Source: a virus. From it: DNA of 64,000 nt. Positions 1 to 10,206 of the stretch are shown in pieces. Numbering within the stretch: the first letter of the stretch is position 1; each line of letters begins with the position of its first letter. The stretch is taken from IMG/VR virus record IMGVR_UViG_3300026521_000466, positions 1 to 64,000 of that record; one strand, given 5' to 3'. Position numbers and translations under genes: made by a program. The notes under the pieces are model-generated. The model was given only the letters and a program-made list of their open reading frames with translations. It searched no databases and was not told the origin of the DNA.

Positions 1-35
1 GATATATAGATCGAGGTTATTTCTAACCATATACT

Positions 36-49
36 ACTGTAATAATATA
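36..49 (-). promoter_or_regulatory. putative early phage promoter TATATTATTACAGT
   Basis: Identical 14-mer at 14285-14298; resembles the phiKZ early consensus TATATTAC. Confidence 0.6.
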
Positions 50-114
50 CAAATATTCCTCTTTGGAAATCTATATTATCTTAATTATAAGAGTAGAACC
101 ATAAAGGGATTGTA

Positions 115-2421
115 ATGATAATAAAAAGATTAGTACTAAGACGATATAATCGTTTTACATTGAATAATATCAGAGAGTTTGATTATAGGCCCACAAGGTC
201 CAATTTAGTAGTGGGTAGTAATGGAAGTGGTAAATCATCATTGATGTCACAGTTGTCTCCACTGCCTGTAAATAAAAGTGATTTTGATCACGGCTATAAA
301 ATGATTGTAATAGAGCATAATGGGAGTGAATACAGATTAACCTTTGATGATGGCAAGTATTCATTTATCAAAGATGGAAAAGAACTAAATGAAAGCGGTA
401 CTGTAAAGAAACAAAGTTCATTGGTGACAGAACATTTTGGATTGACACAGTGGATATTTGATATAATGATAAACAAGAGACTATTTACATCCATGAGTCC
501 CAATGAGAGAAAAGATTGGTTTACTATGATATCTCCGATGGATTATGATTATCTATTAAAAGTATTCCAGAATGCAAAGACAAAACTGAGAGACCTACAG
601 GGTGCTCTGAAAATAGTGAGTAGCAGAGCAGTGAGTATAGAGAGATCACTCCTATCAAAAGAGGAAGTGACAATACTTGAAAAAGAGAGAGAGAAACTAA
701 ACTCTCTAATTAACGATTTTAGCAGAGCCATTACATCAATAGACTCAGATGTCAAGGTGAGTGATTTAAAAGCTTTAAAAGCTAAATACGACCTTTTAAG
801 AGAGGGTATTAAACCAGTAGTATCGCTAGAGAAGAAGTCAGCTGAATTAAAGTATACAAAAGAGAAGATAGATCAAGTGATGGAGAGATTGAATCAGTGG
901 GAGGAGCAGAATAGAACTACTGAAGTAGAGAGAGAGCTCAAAGATATAGATAATCGTATTTCGCAACTCTACTATCTTGATATTGAAGATATCAATCTAG
1001 TAGAACAATTACTCTATGATAGTGATAATTTTAGAGATATCATAGATAGAGTAACAGATACCCAATACAGTATTGAAGAGTATCAGAAGTGTAAACAGCA
1101 GTGTCATATATATCAAGAGCAGCTTAATGCGTACAATAGAGAGAGTGACCGTCTAAAGGCGTTGGAGAGTGAACAGTTAAATGCATCCAAGAGTGACGAT
1201 ATAGCATGTCCTAAATGTGAACATATATTTAAGGCCGGCTATGATAAAACCACACTGGACTCAACACGTACAAAACTATATACGGTAACAGAGAAGATAG
1301 AGAAACTTACTGCTACACTTAATGAAGAGAGTGAGGTTTTAGGAAAGATGGAGGTCTATTTTAAAGATACTTCCCGTCTCAATGATCTCTTGTCAAATAT
1401 GCCTAAACTGAAAACATTCCTATTAACAGGTTCTTTAAAAACAAAATATGCCAACCTTATAAGTGGTTTAGAGGATACGAAACAGTACCAGACATTGATA
1501 AAGAGAAAAGAGAAACTCCTACATGTAAAACAGGGTATGGATACAGCGTTCAAAGAGATTAGTGATAAACAGAAAGAGGAGCACGACGAATTGGAGTTTA
1601 CTCTTCGTATCTTAAATAGCAGAGTAAGAAGATTAAATAGAGATATATCTGTTATTAAGAAACAGTTGGAATTAAGGGATAAGTTAAAAGAGTTAGAAAT
1701 AGAACTTCTTAAAGGTATAGATGATACAAAGCAGGCAGTGGAGAATAGGAAGAGAGAGATATTCAATAACTACCTTGAAGAGTGTATACAGAAGTCAAGA
1801 GTATTACTGAAAGAGAAGGAGAGTGTATTAAATGCTTATAGGAACGAAGAGTATCTCTATAAGAAAACTAAATCAGAGATGCAAGAGTTGGAGAAAGATA
1901 TACAGGCAGCTAAAGAATTGGTAGATGCACTCTCTCCAAACAAAGGATTGATAGGTAGCACTCTATCAGGATTTCTAAAGGACTTTACAGATAGAGTAAA
2001 TACCATCATTTCAAAGATATGGACTTATGAGATGAAAGTGCTGCCTCCTGATATTGGTGAAGGTACACTTGATTATAAATTTAAAGTAGTGGCTAATGGA
2101 AAGGTAAGGAAAGATATAACAGATACATCTACCGGTATGGCAGAGATGATAAATCTTGCATTTAAACTGGTTAGCATGCATTATTTAAAGATGGATGATT
2201 ATCCTATATACCTTGATGAATTTGCCAGTAGTTTTGATATTGAACATAAGAGAAAGTCACTTGGCCTATTGAAGGATTTGAGAAATACATACCCTCAAAT
2301 GTTTGTGATATCCCATTATGAAAATATCATCTCCTTGGATGCTGATGTAGTTGTCCTTGATGAAGACAATATAAACCTCACCATATTTAACGAGTATAAC
2401 AAAACAGTAAAAATAAAATAG
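115..2421 (+). CDS. sbcC: SbcC/Rad50-like SMC ATPase
   Basis: Walker A GSNGSGKS, long coiled coils, central CPKC zinc hook, signature-like TSTGM, Walker B YLDE, H-loop ISH. Confidence 0.9.
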   Translation: MIIKRLVLRRYNRFTLNNIREFDYRPTRSNLVVGSNGSGKSSLMSQLSPLPVNKSDFDHGYKMIVIEHNGSEYRLTFDDGKYSFIKDGKELNESGTVKKQSSLVTEHFGLTQWIFDIMINKRLFTSMSPNERKDWFTMISPMDYDYLLKVFQNAKTKLRDLQGALKIVSSRAVSIERSLLSKEEVTILEKEREKLNSLINDFSRAITSIDSDVKVSDLKALKAKYDLLREGIKPVVSLEKKSAELKYTKEKIDQVMERLNQWEEQNRTTEVERELKDIDNRISQLYYLDIEDINLVEQLLYDSDNFRDIIDRVTDTQYSIEEYQKCKQQCHIYQEQLNAYNRESDRLKALESEQLNASKSDDIACPKCEHIFKAGYDKTTLDSTRTKLYTVTEKIEKLTATLNEESEVLGKMEVYFKDTSRLNDLLSNMPKLKTFLLTGSLKTKYANLISGLEDTKQYQTLIKRKEKLLHVKQGMDTAFKEISDKQKEEHDELEFTLRILNSRVRRLNRDISVIKKQLELRDKLKELEIELLKGIDDTKQAVENRKREIFNNYLEECIQKSRVLLKEKESVLNAYRNEEYLYKKTKSEMQELEKDIQAAKELVDALSPNKGLIGSTLSGFLKDFTDRVNTIISKIWTYEMKVLPPDIGEGTLDYKFKVVANGKVRKDITDTSTGMAEMINLAFKLVSMHYLKMDDYPIYLDEFASSFDIEHKRKSLGLLKDLRNTYPQMFVISHYENIISLDADVVVLDEDNINLTIFNEYNKTVKIK

Positions 2422-2423
2422 TT

Positions 2424-2447
2424 CAGTGTAGTGAATTCACTACACTG
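2424..2447. terminator. perfect 24-bp palindrome at convergent junction
   Basis: CAGTGTAGTGAA|TTCACTACACTG immediately after the sbcC stop. Confidence 0.7.
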
Positions 2448-2474
2448 GGTTATTTAACGCATTACAATATTATA

Positions 2475-2693
2475 CTATTCTTTTTTGGGTGCATTTTGGT
2501 CGCATGGACTATATGATTCAAGTCTATCTTTGGAGTACGCCTCTTCTAACTGTGTTAAATCATCATATATCTTTTTAGTGTCTGTTCTGTGCACTGTTTT
2601 GTATATTGTTTTCCAGAAGAGTAAACAACATCTCTGCTGCACATAATACCAAATTGTTCCATTGTATCTGTCTGTTCTTATTCTGTATTTCAT
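2475..2693 (-). CDS. hypothetical protein (72 aa)
   Basis: ORF with AAGGA RBS, downstream of 2703-3215. Confidence 0.65.
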   Translation of the reverse strand: MKYRIRTDRYNGTIWYYVQQRCCLLFWKTIYKTVHRTDTKKIYDDLTQLEEAYSKDRLESYSPCDQNAPKKE

Positions 2694-2702
2694 TATTTTC
2701 CT

Positions 2703-3215
2703 TTATTCAAACATAGACTCTACATACTTCTTATAATCTCTGAATTTCAGTGTTGGGTTAACTATTATATACTCTCTTAAGTCATTTCCATATCTCCAGT
2801 AGATACTTTTTATATCTTTATAGAAATGTCTACCCATATCTTTCACGCTCTTTTTTGTTGGTGTGAATATAGTATTTTCATACACTGTTTCTATAATATC
2901 ATCGGTAGGCACTATATATGCTACTTCATCAACCGCAATCATAAACATCGCATCTATCTTATTCATAATGAAGATATTGTCCATATCGTTATTCATATCC
3001 TTATAATATTCTTTGTAAGGTCTCATGTTTATATATACTACGGCAGTATTTTTGCTTTTCAGTCCTTTTATCCGTTCAAAATCTCTTCTCGTTATATAAT
3101 GACCGTTTGTAATTATTACTTCTTTCTTTTTAGCTACCAGCATAGCACATACTATACCTCTTACAGATCTTGGTATCACCACTATTACTTTTTCATAACT
3201 TAACAAATCTTTCAT
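2703..3215 (-). CDS. hypothetical protein
   Basis: 170-aa ORF with AGGAG RBS. Confidence 0.7.
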   Translation of the reverse strand: MKDLLSYEKVIVVIPRSVRGIVCAMLVAKKKEVIITNGHYITRRDFERIKGLKSKNTAVVYINMRPYKEYYKDMNNDMDNIFIMNKIDAMFMIAVDEVAYIVPTDDIIETVYENTIFTPTKKSVKDMGRHFYKDIKSIYWRYGNDLREYIIVNPTLKFRDYKKYVESMFE

Positions 3216-3292
3216 TATCTTTTCTCCTACTTGATATTCTTATTTAATAAGTCTCATATATTTTTACTGAATTTAAATTTTAAGGAGATGAG

Positions 3293-3742
3293 ATGAAAAG
3301 GATACTGCTTGTTGATGTATTAAATAATACTACAAAAAAACATATAAGAAATATTGAAAAACACTATAGGTCAAAGGTTTATTATCTTAGTAAAGATAAA
3401 GTTATTATGACAATACTAGACGAAGCTCTTCCAAAATGGCTTTCCTTTTTTGTTAAGAATTATACAAAAGAATTGATGCACCTTTTTGAAATAGTTTTCG
3501 GTGATGCCATGAACGAATATATTTATGGGGTTATTGATAACCGTATTGAGTTACATAGAGGTGAAATAAATAATACACTATTCGTAATTACCGGAATGAC
3601 TCTCAGTAAGGATGTATACTATTTTAAAAAGTGTAAGTATAAAGCAGTGTCTGTTATGTCTGAATATACTAACTTTGCAGATTTTTCAGTGGGTGAATAT
3701 GATGAAAGAATTACAAAGGCAATAATCTCTTCTTTAGCATGA
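3293..3742 (+). CDS. hypothetical protein
   Basis: 149-aa ORF, AAGGAG RBS, TTTTTACTGA motif upstream. Confidence 0.7.
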   Translation: MKRILLVDVLNNTTKKHIRNIEKHYRSKVYYLSKDKVIMTILDEALPKWLSFFVKNYTKELMHLFEIVFGDAMNEYIYGVIDNRIELHRGEINNTLFVITGMTLSKDVYYFKKCKYKAVSVMSEYTNFADFSVGEYDERITKAIISSLA

Positions 3743-3777
3743 TGACTAATTCCTTGAATATAATTCAAAGGATATAA

Positions 3778-4083
3778 ATGGTTTCATTAGGGAAACAACG
3801 ATGGAGAAATAGTTCGGCCTATAGACATTGGGCAGAAGATATAAAAAAAAGAGACGGGTGCTGTATGATATGTGGTAGTGAAAAGAAATTGAATGCGCAC
3901 CACATCAACGATGCGTCAAACCACCCAGACCTTAGATACGATATGGATAATGGTATAACGTTGTGCAGAAAATGTCATGTACTTTATCATATTCTTTTTA
4001 GAGGCGGTTATCGAAAGAAAACAACCAAGAAAGATTTTAAAAAATATAGAGCGTTGGTAAAATACTATATGAACTTAGAGTAG
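3778..4083 (+). CDS. HNH endonuclease
   Basis: CMICG...AHHI...DLRYDMDNGITLCRKCH..YH: HNH motif with Zn-binding Cys pairs. Confidence 0.88.
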   Translation: MVSLGKQRWRNSSAYRHWAEDIKKRDGCCMICGSEKKLNAHHINDASNHPDLRYDMDNGITLCRKCHVLYHILFRGGYRKKTTKKDFKKYRALVKYYMNLE

Positions 4084-4105
4084 TGCGTCAAATGACGCAC
4101 TACTC
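4078..4105. terminator. 13-bp inverted repeat with 2-nt spacer at convergent junction
   Basis: GAGTAGTGCGTCA-AA-TGACGCACTACTC, includes the HNH stop codon. Confidence 0.7.
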
Positions 4106-4116
4106 CATGCTCTTTT

Positions 4117-5028
4117 TTAAAAGAGATCATTTAAGTTTTTCTTTTTCACTAACAGTTTCATATCAACAGATAGTTTTGGTGTATCCAACATCTTTGCAAA
4201 GTTTTTCAGCGTGTTCTTCAGCATAGTCTTTTGGTAGAGTCTTTCATTATCATACAACCATAAAAGAGCCAGCATAGTGACAGGTGAACGTAGACCTATC
4301 AAGAAATGAAGTCGGTGTGATTGAAATACCATTGATGATAACATACTATGCAGTACATCACCTTCCAGTTTTCTTAATGTTATAGAACATCTATCATTTT
4401 TGAATATGTCAAGCACATCCTGTAAAGTAACGAGGTCATTGTCTCCGATCATCTCATGAATGTCGTTCTCATTCATTACATCGCCTATTACACTGGTGGA
4501 TGCTACATGGAAACCTGAATATCCTTTAGTTTCATTCATTATATTATAAGCGTAAATGGCCACTATGTTGTTTACAATCATTAAGTCGCTGTTATCTAAC
4601 ATCAACTGTGATTTTAATTGTCCATTAATTAGAATTTGTAATGTCTTACTATATAATTTATAGTGCTCTCTTAAACCACCAATTGCTTCTTCATCAGTTA
4701 ATGCTGCTAGCAACAGTTTGTATCTGTAATCACTTCTTAGATTTAACATATCTTTTAAATTGTCTTTCTCGGGATGTCTAATCACATCTCTCATATCAAC
4801 AACCAGTTTATCATCAATGAGGTATGGGAACTTCAATACTGGAAGAGCTTTCTCCTCATATGTCTTGCCTGTTATAATATACAGGTCTTTTACTGTATCT
4901 ATTCCGTAGTTTTTCTTATCACCTAGTGTGAACTCTCTGAATTTTGTTTTATCTATAACAAAAGCCTTGCCAATGTCGGTATCTTGAGGTAACATATTTA
5001 TATCCTTATTTACATCTTTATAGGTCAT
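4117..5028 (-). CDS. putative phiKZ-like virion structural protein
   Basis: 303-aa ORF divergent from terminase; function inferred from context only. Confidence 0.5.
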   Translation of the reverse strand: MTYKDVNKDINMLPQDTDIGKAFVIDKTKFREFTLGDKKNYGIDTVKDLYIITGKTYEEKALPVLKFPYLIDDKLVVDMRDVIRHPEKDNLKDMLNLRSDYRYKLLLAALTDEEAIGGLREHYKLYSKTLQILINGQLKSQLMLDNSDLMIVNNIVAIYAYNIMNETKGYSGFHVASTSVIGDVMNENDIHEMIGDNDLVTLQDVLDIFKNDRCSITLRKLEGDVLHSMLSSMVFQSHRLHFLIGLRSPVTMLALLWLYDNERLYQKTMLKNTLKNFAKMLDTPKLSVDMKLLVKKKNLNDLF

Positions 5029-5094
5029 TGAATAGATTTAATTGAGTGTTTTCCTTATATACAAGGAGAAATATTTTATATTTTAGGATATGTT

Positions 5095-7218
5095 ATGATT
5101 TTATTTAAAGAGGATTGGGACAAATACCCATCTGCTATTGTACATTATACGACAAAGAACAAATCTGCGTTACAACTTTCTGTGTTACTGAAGAAGATGG
5201 GACAAGAGAACAATAAATTCTTTCTATCATTATTGAACCCAAAACTTATTAATATTGATCCACATGACCCAAACCTTACATACCAAGAAAAGGTAATGGT
5301 TGTTGAAGAGTGCCAAGCTAATTTTTGGTACTATATTAGAGAGGTAGCCAGAGTTCCAGTTAAAGGATCTCCGGAGCCCATTATGTTGGAACTTAATAGA
5401 GCAAATATTGCACTGTTCTGGTTATACTTTTTACATATAACACAGCTACTTATTCAACCAAGACAGACAGGTAAATCTCTGAATGTTGATGAACTTATTG
5501 TTTGGCTAAGTATTCTTGGATTAATAAAATCTAACATAGAAGGTGTTACAAAGAATACATCTCTTAGAGGGGATGAGATAGAAAGACTTAAAGATATTAT
5601 AAACACACTTCCACCATATTTGAATCTTAGAAGTAAAAAGGATACGAATAATATGGAAGATGTTACTATAAAAGCATTAGGTAACAGAGTCAGGTTCAGT
5701 GTTGCACAGAAAGATAAATCGGCTGCTTTGAATATTGGCCGTGGCGTTACATCAGCAAACGTATTTATCGATGAGATTGCTTTTATTCTTAATATTGATT
5801 TAACACTTCCAACTATACTTGCTGCAATGAATGCCGCTGTAGATGAAGCTAAAAAGAATGGTTCGCCATATGGGAGGGTTTTTTATACAACAGCTGGATT
5901 CTTGGATACTCCGTCGGGAGAGTTTGTTTATAAGAATATCTATAGTAAAGCATTTAGATTTAAAGAAGTTCTTTACGATATGAAAAATAAGGAAGAAGTT
6001 TACTCTTTCATTGTAAAAAATTCACAGTCAAAAACACCACTGGTGCTTGTGGAGATGAATCATAGATCTTTGAATAAAAGTGATGAATGGCTAGCAGAGA
6101 AACTATCGGAGGCTATGTCAAGCGGTGAAAGAGGTGAGGCTGACTATCTATTAAAGTGGAGTCGTGGTTCTTCAAACTCTGCGTTGGATAAAAAGATATA
6201 TAAAATATTGAGTAACTCAATAACAGAACCCGACCATACTGAAGTGAGTCCGTTTATGTTGTGTCTTGATTGGTATATTCCAGAAAATGAGAAAGAGAAA
6301 TATCAGTATAAACCATTTGCCATAGGATTGGATACATCAGATGGTTTCGGAAACGATGACCTTGGATTTGTTGGCCGTGATCCTATCACAGGAGAGGTGA
6401 TTGTTAAAGGTAAATATAATAATCTTTCACTGCATGAGTTTGGAGAGTTTCTATTTTGGTTCATGAAGAAGTATAGTCGATCTACTCTTATCTTTGAAAG
6501 AAAGAGTTCGGGCATGTCTATATGTGATCATATTGTTACTCATATGTGTGCAAATGATATGAATCCTTTTAAACGCATATTCAACTGGGTAATAGACGAT
6601 GATCGATATCATGAAGTAGTCGATAATTTCAATGGTGATTTATATCTTGCATATATTGAAAACAAAAAGTATTTCGGTTATGCAACTTCTGGTTCAGGTA
6701 GAAATGCAAGATCTAATTTATACGGTGATGTTTTAATGGAGTCTTTGAAACTCACTGGTGATTCTACCAGAGATAAGGATTTAGTCCATCAGTTATTACG
6801 ACTTGAGTTGAAGAATGGTAGAATTGATCATAAGCCCAATGAGCATGATGACCTTGTAATTGCTTATATGTTATGTTTCTGGTTATTCACACGTGCAAGA
6901 AATATTGATCTTTACGGATATCGGCCAGAAAGTATACTAACCGCAGTAATTATTTCTGATTCTGATTTTAAAAGTGAGCAAGAGAAGAAAGAGAAAGCTG
7001 CTGAAAGACACTCAATTGTGGATGAAATAAACATCCTTCTTGATAAACTAAAGGCTACAGATGATAAATACATCAAATTAAAATCTATAGCCCGTATTAC
7101 TTTATTGAAATCAAAATTGACAAAAGAAGATGTTGTTACATTGAACTTGGAACAACAATTAAAAGAGATACAAAAAAATAAAAAGGATACTCATGAGGAT
7201 CTCACTAGATGGTATTAA
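5095..7218 (+). CDS. terminase large subunit (phiKZ gp25-like)
   Basis: Walker A PRQTGKS, Walker B FIDE, nuclease GLDTS and HDDL motifs; upstream of the sheath/tube block. Confidence 0.92.
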   Translation: MILFKEDWDKYPSAIVHYTTKNKSALQLSVLLKKMGQENNKFFLSLLNPKLINIDPHDPNLTYQEKVMVVEECQANFWYYIREVARVPVKGSPEPIMLELNRANIALFWLYFLHITQLLIQPRQTGKSLNVDELIVWLSILGLIKSNIEGVTKNTSLRGDEIERLKDIINTLPPYLNLRSKKDTNNMEDVTIKALGNRVRFSVAQKDKSAALNIGRGVTSANVFIDEIAFILNIDLTLPTILAAMNAAVDEAKKNGSPYGRVFYTTAGFLDTPSGEFVYKNIYSKAFRFKEVLYDMKNKEEVYSFIVKNSQSKTPLVLVEMNHRSLNKSDEWLAEKLSEAMSSGERGEADYLLKWSRGSSNSALDKKIYKILSNSITEPDHTEVSPFMLCLDWYIPENEKEKYQYKPFAIGLDTSDGFGNDDLGFVGRDPITGEVIVKGKYNNLSLHEFGEFLFWFMKKYSRSTLIFERKSSGMSICDHIVTHMCANDMNPFKRIFNWVIDDDRYHEVVDNFNGDLYLAYIENKKYFGYATSGSGRNARSNLYGDVLMESLKLTGDSTRDKDLVHQLLRLELKNGRIDHKPNEHDDLVIAYMLCFWLFTRARNIDLYGYRPESILTAVIISDSDFKSEQEKKEKAAERHSIVDEINILLDKLKATDDKYIKLKSIARITLLKSKLTKEDVVTLNLEQQLKEIQKNKKDTHEDLTRWY

Positions 7219-7483
7219 ATTCCTTATAAAAAATAATGATCCATTATCCACCGATTGGATAGTTAATGCTATATTAATAGATTCAAACGGTGAAGAAGAA
7301 GAGGTATTCAGAAGCATGAATGATACAGAGAATATATACTCTATATCAGCTACATTGAAAAGAGAAGATGGTAGAGATGTATTGCCGGAAGAAATAGTTA
7401 AGCTTTATGCTGATATACGAGTAAACTACGACGAAGAGAGTCATAGTACCTTTAAACGATTTGAGTGCACCCAAGATATATAG
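7193..7483 (+). CDS. small putative virion protein (STDW motif)
   Basis: AAGGA RBS; shares TDW motif with the next two ORFs. Confidence 0.55.
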   Translation: MRISLDGIKFLIKNNDPLSTDWIVNAILIDSNGEEEEVFRSMNDTENIYSISATLKREDGRDVLPEEIVKLYADIRVNYDEESHSTFKRFECTQDI

Positions 7484-7492
7484 GAGAATAAT

Positions 7493-8404
7493 ATGAAAAA
7501 AAGACTTAAACTAATACCGCCAACAACGCCGGATGATATATCAATACGTTCTATTGATTGGTATGTGAATAACACTTCTGATTTTTCTGGTAGTGTTATA
7601 TTTCACGAAACAACAGCTGGCGATGTGGTTTCAATGGATGTTCCACTTACAATAACTGAAGAGGATGTTTATTATGGATTTATTGCAGTGACTCTTTCTG
7701 ACGATACTGTTGTAAATTCAGATATTCTTGTATTTAGTAAAAATACAAAATCCAAAGTTATTAATGAAGAGATTTATCCTCCGTTAGTTCGCATTAAACC
7801 AGAAGTGAAGCATATTGTTGTAGATGTAGAGCCTCCTAAATTCTTTTCAGGGATCAAAGAGCATTATGCAACTTCGTATGTTGTAAAAGATATATCCGGA
7901 AATATTGTTTTTAGACGAATGTTCGATACAGATAATTTATCCAGGCTCACTATTGATAGGAACGATATATCTAAAGAAGATGTGGTGATGATTGAGGTAA
8001 GACAAGAATTCAAAGGATTAACACATGATAATTGGTCAAGAACTTTTTTTAAAGTGAATGCTAGTATGTCTGATATCTATATTGTAAATGATCTTTTGTA
8101 TAATTTTAAAGACACTGAGCTGAAGATACACATCAATCTCGCTAAATATAACAATTTTCAGATAGAGGTTGTTACTATGGGTGATAGGGTTATTGTTTCT
8201 GACACTGTTGAAAATACGGACACATACACAATACGCGCAAGTGATGTTGGACTTTATACAAAAGTGAAAGTCAAATTACGTACACTTAGTGATGATATTC
8301 CTGTTCGGTATTATGAAAAGATAATGAGGGTGGTGAGTTATAGATTTATTAACCCTAATAATAATAGGTTGCCATATAGCCTACCATTTAATTTAGGAGC
8401 TTAG
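7493..8404 (+). CDS. putative virion protein with beta-sandwich (Ig/FnIII-like) modules
   Basis: Beta-rich; SIDWYV and HYATSYVV motifs; lies between terminase and sheath. Confidence 0.55.
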   Translation: MKKRLKLIPPTTPDDISIRSIDWYVNNTSDFSGSVIFHETTAGDVVSMDVPLTITEEDVYYGFIAVTLSDDTVVNSDILVFSKNTKSKVINEEIYPPLVRIKPEVKHIVVDVEPPKFFSGIKEHYATSYVVKDISGNIVFRRMFDTDNLSRLTIDRNDISKEDVVMIEVRQEFKGLTHDNWSRTFFKVNASMSDIYIVNDLLYNFKDTELKIHINLAKYNNFQIEVVTMGDRVIVSDTVENTDTYTIRASDVGLYTKVKVKLRTLSDDIPVRYYEKIMRVVSYRFINPNNNRLPYSLPFNLGA

Positions 8405-8405
8405 T

Positions 8406-10082
8406 ATGATATATAGAATACCAGAATATAATGGAACTGAAACACATACCGGTACGGATTGGTATGTTTTCCAATCTAATGATACCTCTGATAAATCAGA
8501 TTCTATTTTTTCAGTTACAAATAAACCGGAATATAAAAATATAGTGAATATTACAATCAATATACCGGTTGGAAATATTTACTATCTTGTAGCTTACTTA
8601 AAGTTATCGGATGGTACAGTTATCATCACAGACCCAATGCCTATGACACACTATGATATGGATGGTAAAAAGATACATCCTATTTCATACGGTGTGGAAA
8701 CACCGCGTATCAATATAGTCAGTAATGACTTTGCTAATGATGGCGATATTGTTATTTCTACTACAAAGATACGTCCTACGGATAACGTTTTAAAGAAACA
8801 GGTGATTGTTGTTACAGATGAAACAAACACTGTTTTAAAATATGATGAAGTTGAAGGGTATGAATATACAATAGATAGAAATATTATACCAACAGATACG
8901 CATGATATAATTGTCTACGTCGCTCATATAGACCATACAAATACTTCTAGTGAGTTTGCCAGACAGAGAATTCATTTAGTGGATAATGATATACTCTTAT
9001 TGAACCCTAAAATACTGCCTCTATATCAGTACATCCCCAAGTTTGAAGGTGAGTATGGAGCTGTTACAGAACTTGTTATCTCTGATAATGGTAGTATTGT
9101 ATTCTCCAGCCCAAATAATAAAGTTCCTAAAAACACACTTCTATTTGATAAAAGCTATGAAATGATTGTCACATTCAGGGTAGAGAATAATCAGTTTAAA
9201 ACATATACCTATCGCATTACCACAGTCAGCAGTAAAAGTGTTGATTATCTTGAAGAGTATGAGTATACAGGATTTGAAAATACAGATGAGTATAATCTCT
9301 TTATGGTGGATAATTCACATATTGATATTACTGCAAGAAACCTTATGGGGTTTGTGGATAATGAAGAGTATGTTGTAAAATATCTGAATAATGCTTCATA
9401 TACAGGTAAGATACATCTTCCATATGAGCCTTTAAGTAATTCAGAAACAATTAATCTCGCTGATAATATTGTTTATACAAAATATAAAACAGAAAATGGT
9501 TTTGCTGTTATTGTAGTTAATCTTAGTAGCGAGTACGCTGTCCCTGCAATATTGTCCAGCATAGAGATCACTGATGCTTTATCAAATGACTGTGTGATGA
9601 TAAGTGGACATGATATTGTTTATCTTAGAGAGAACGGCGCTGGTGAAGTAGAGCTAGTAAATAGAGATATCGATAGTGGCAATGATAAAATTATCACAGT
9701 AGTGCCAGACGAATATATCACAGACGATAATCCTCAAACCGGATATGAAGGCCTTTACAATAATCAATACTCTATGTTTTTATACGATAACCTTATATTG
9801 ATCATGAACAGAAATTTAGGTGTGTTTGCCTATGATAGATATACATCTTCTTTCAAATTTATTTTTAATCTTGAGGATGAGGATAAAGGCAAATCCTATT
9901 TTGGTTTAAGGTTACATGGTAATAAAATGATGTATGTCAATACTAATTCAAATGTTTATGTTTATGACTTTGATGTCGATGAGGCGATAGTGACCGCTAT
10001 AGATCCATCCAGTAATGTAATAAACATACTGGCATATGAAGTGCTTTTTAAAACAGAGAATGGGTATCTTATTTATAAGTAA
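8406..10082 (+). CDS. putative virion/fibre protein (Ig-like N-terminus, possible beta-propeller C-terminus)
   Basis: HTGTDWYV motif; beta-rich C-terminus; position in the structural operon. Confidence 0.55.
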   Translation: MIYRIPEYNGTETHTGTDWYVFQSNDTSDKSDSIFSVTNKPEYKNIVNITINIPVGNIYYLVAYLKLSDGTVIITDPMPMTHYDMDGKKIHPISYGVETPRINIVSNDFANDGDIVISTTKIRPTDNVLKKQVIVVTDETNTVLKYDEVEGYEYTIDRNIIPTDTHDIIVYVAHIDHTNTSSEFARQRIHLVDNDILLLNPKILPLYQYIPKFEGEYGAVTELVISDNGSIVFSSPNNKVPKNTLLFDKSYEMIVTFRVENNQFKTYTYRITTVSSKSVDYLEEYEYTGFENTDEYNLFMVDNSHIDITARNLMGFVDNEEYVVKYLNNASYTGKIHLPYEPLSNSETINLADNIVYTKYKTENGFAVIVVNLSSEYAVPAILSSIEITDALSNDCVMISGHDIVYLRENGAGEVELVNRDIDSGNDKIITVVPDEYITDDNPQTGYEGLYNNQYSMFLYDNLILIMNRNLGVFAYDRYTSSFKFIFNLEDEDKGKSYFGLRLHGNKMMYVNTNSNVYVYDFDVDEAIVTAIDPSSNVINILAYEVLFKTENGYLIYK

Positions 10083-10206
10083 TGGTGCGGATTACCGCAC
10101 TGTTACAAAAATATTTTTTTTATTAGTTGAATATGTTAATTCTATTCGCGATAGGGTTTATTTCCCACAATTAAAAACGTTTTTATTTCACAAGAAAGGA
10201 CACTAA

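Noticed and set aside
2703-3215. Possible degenerate DHH phosphoesterase N-terminus
   Set aside because: Only a vague pattern; the DxD and DHH residues are absent.
3778-4083. HNH as a terminase cofactor (HK97 gp74-like)
   Set aside because: It is separated from terminase by a hairpin and an opposite-strand gene, and phiKZ-like phages use headful rather than cos packaging.
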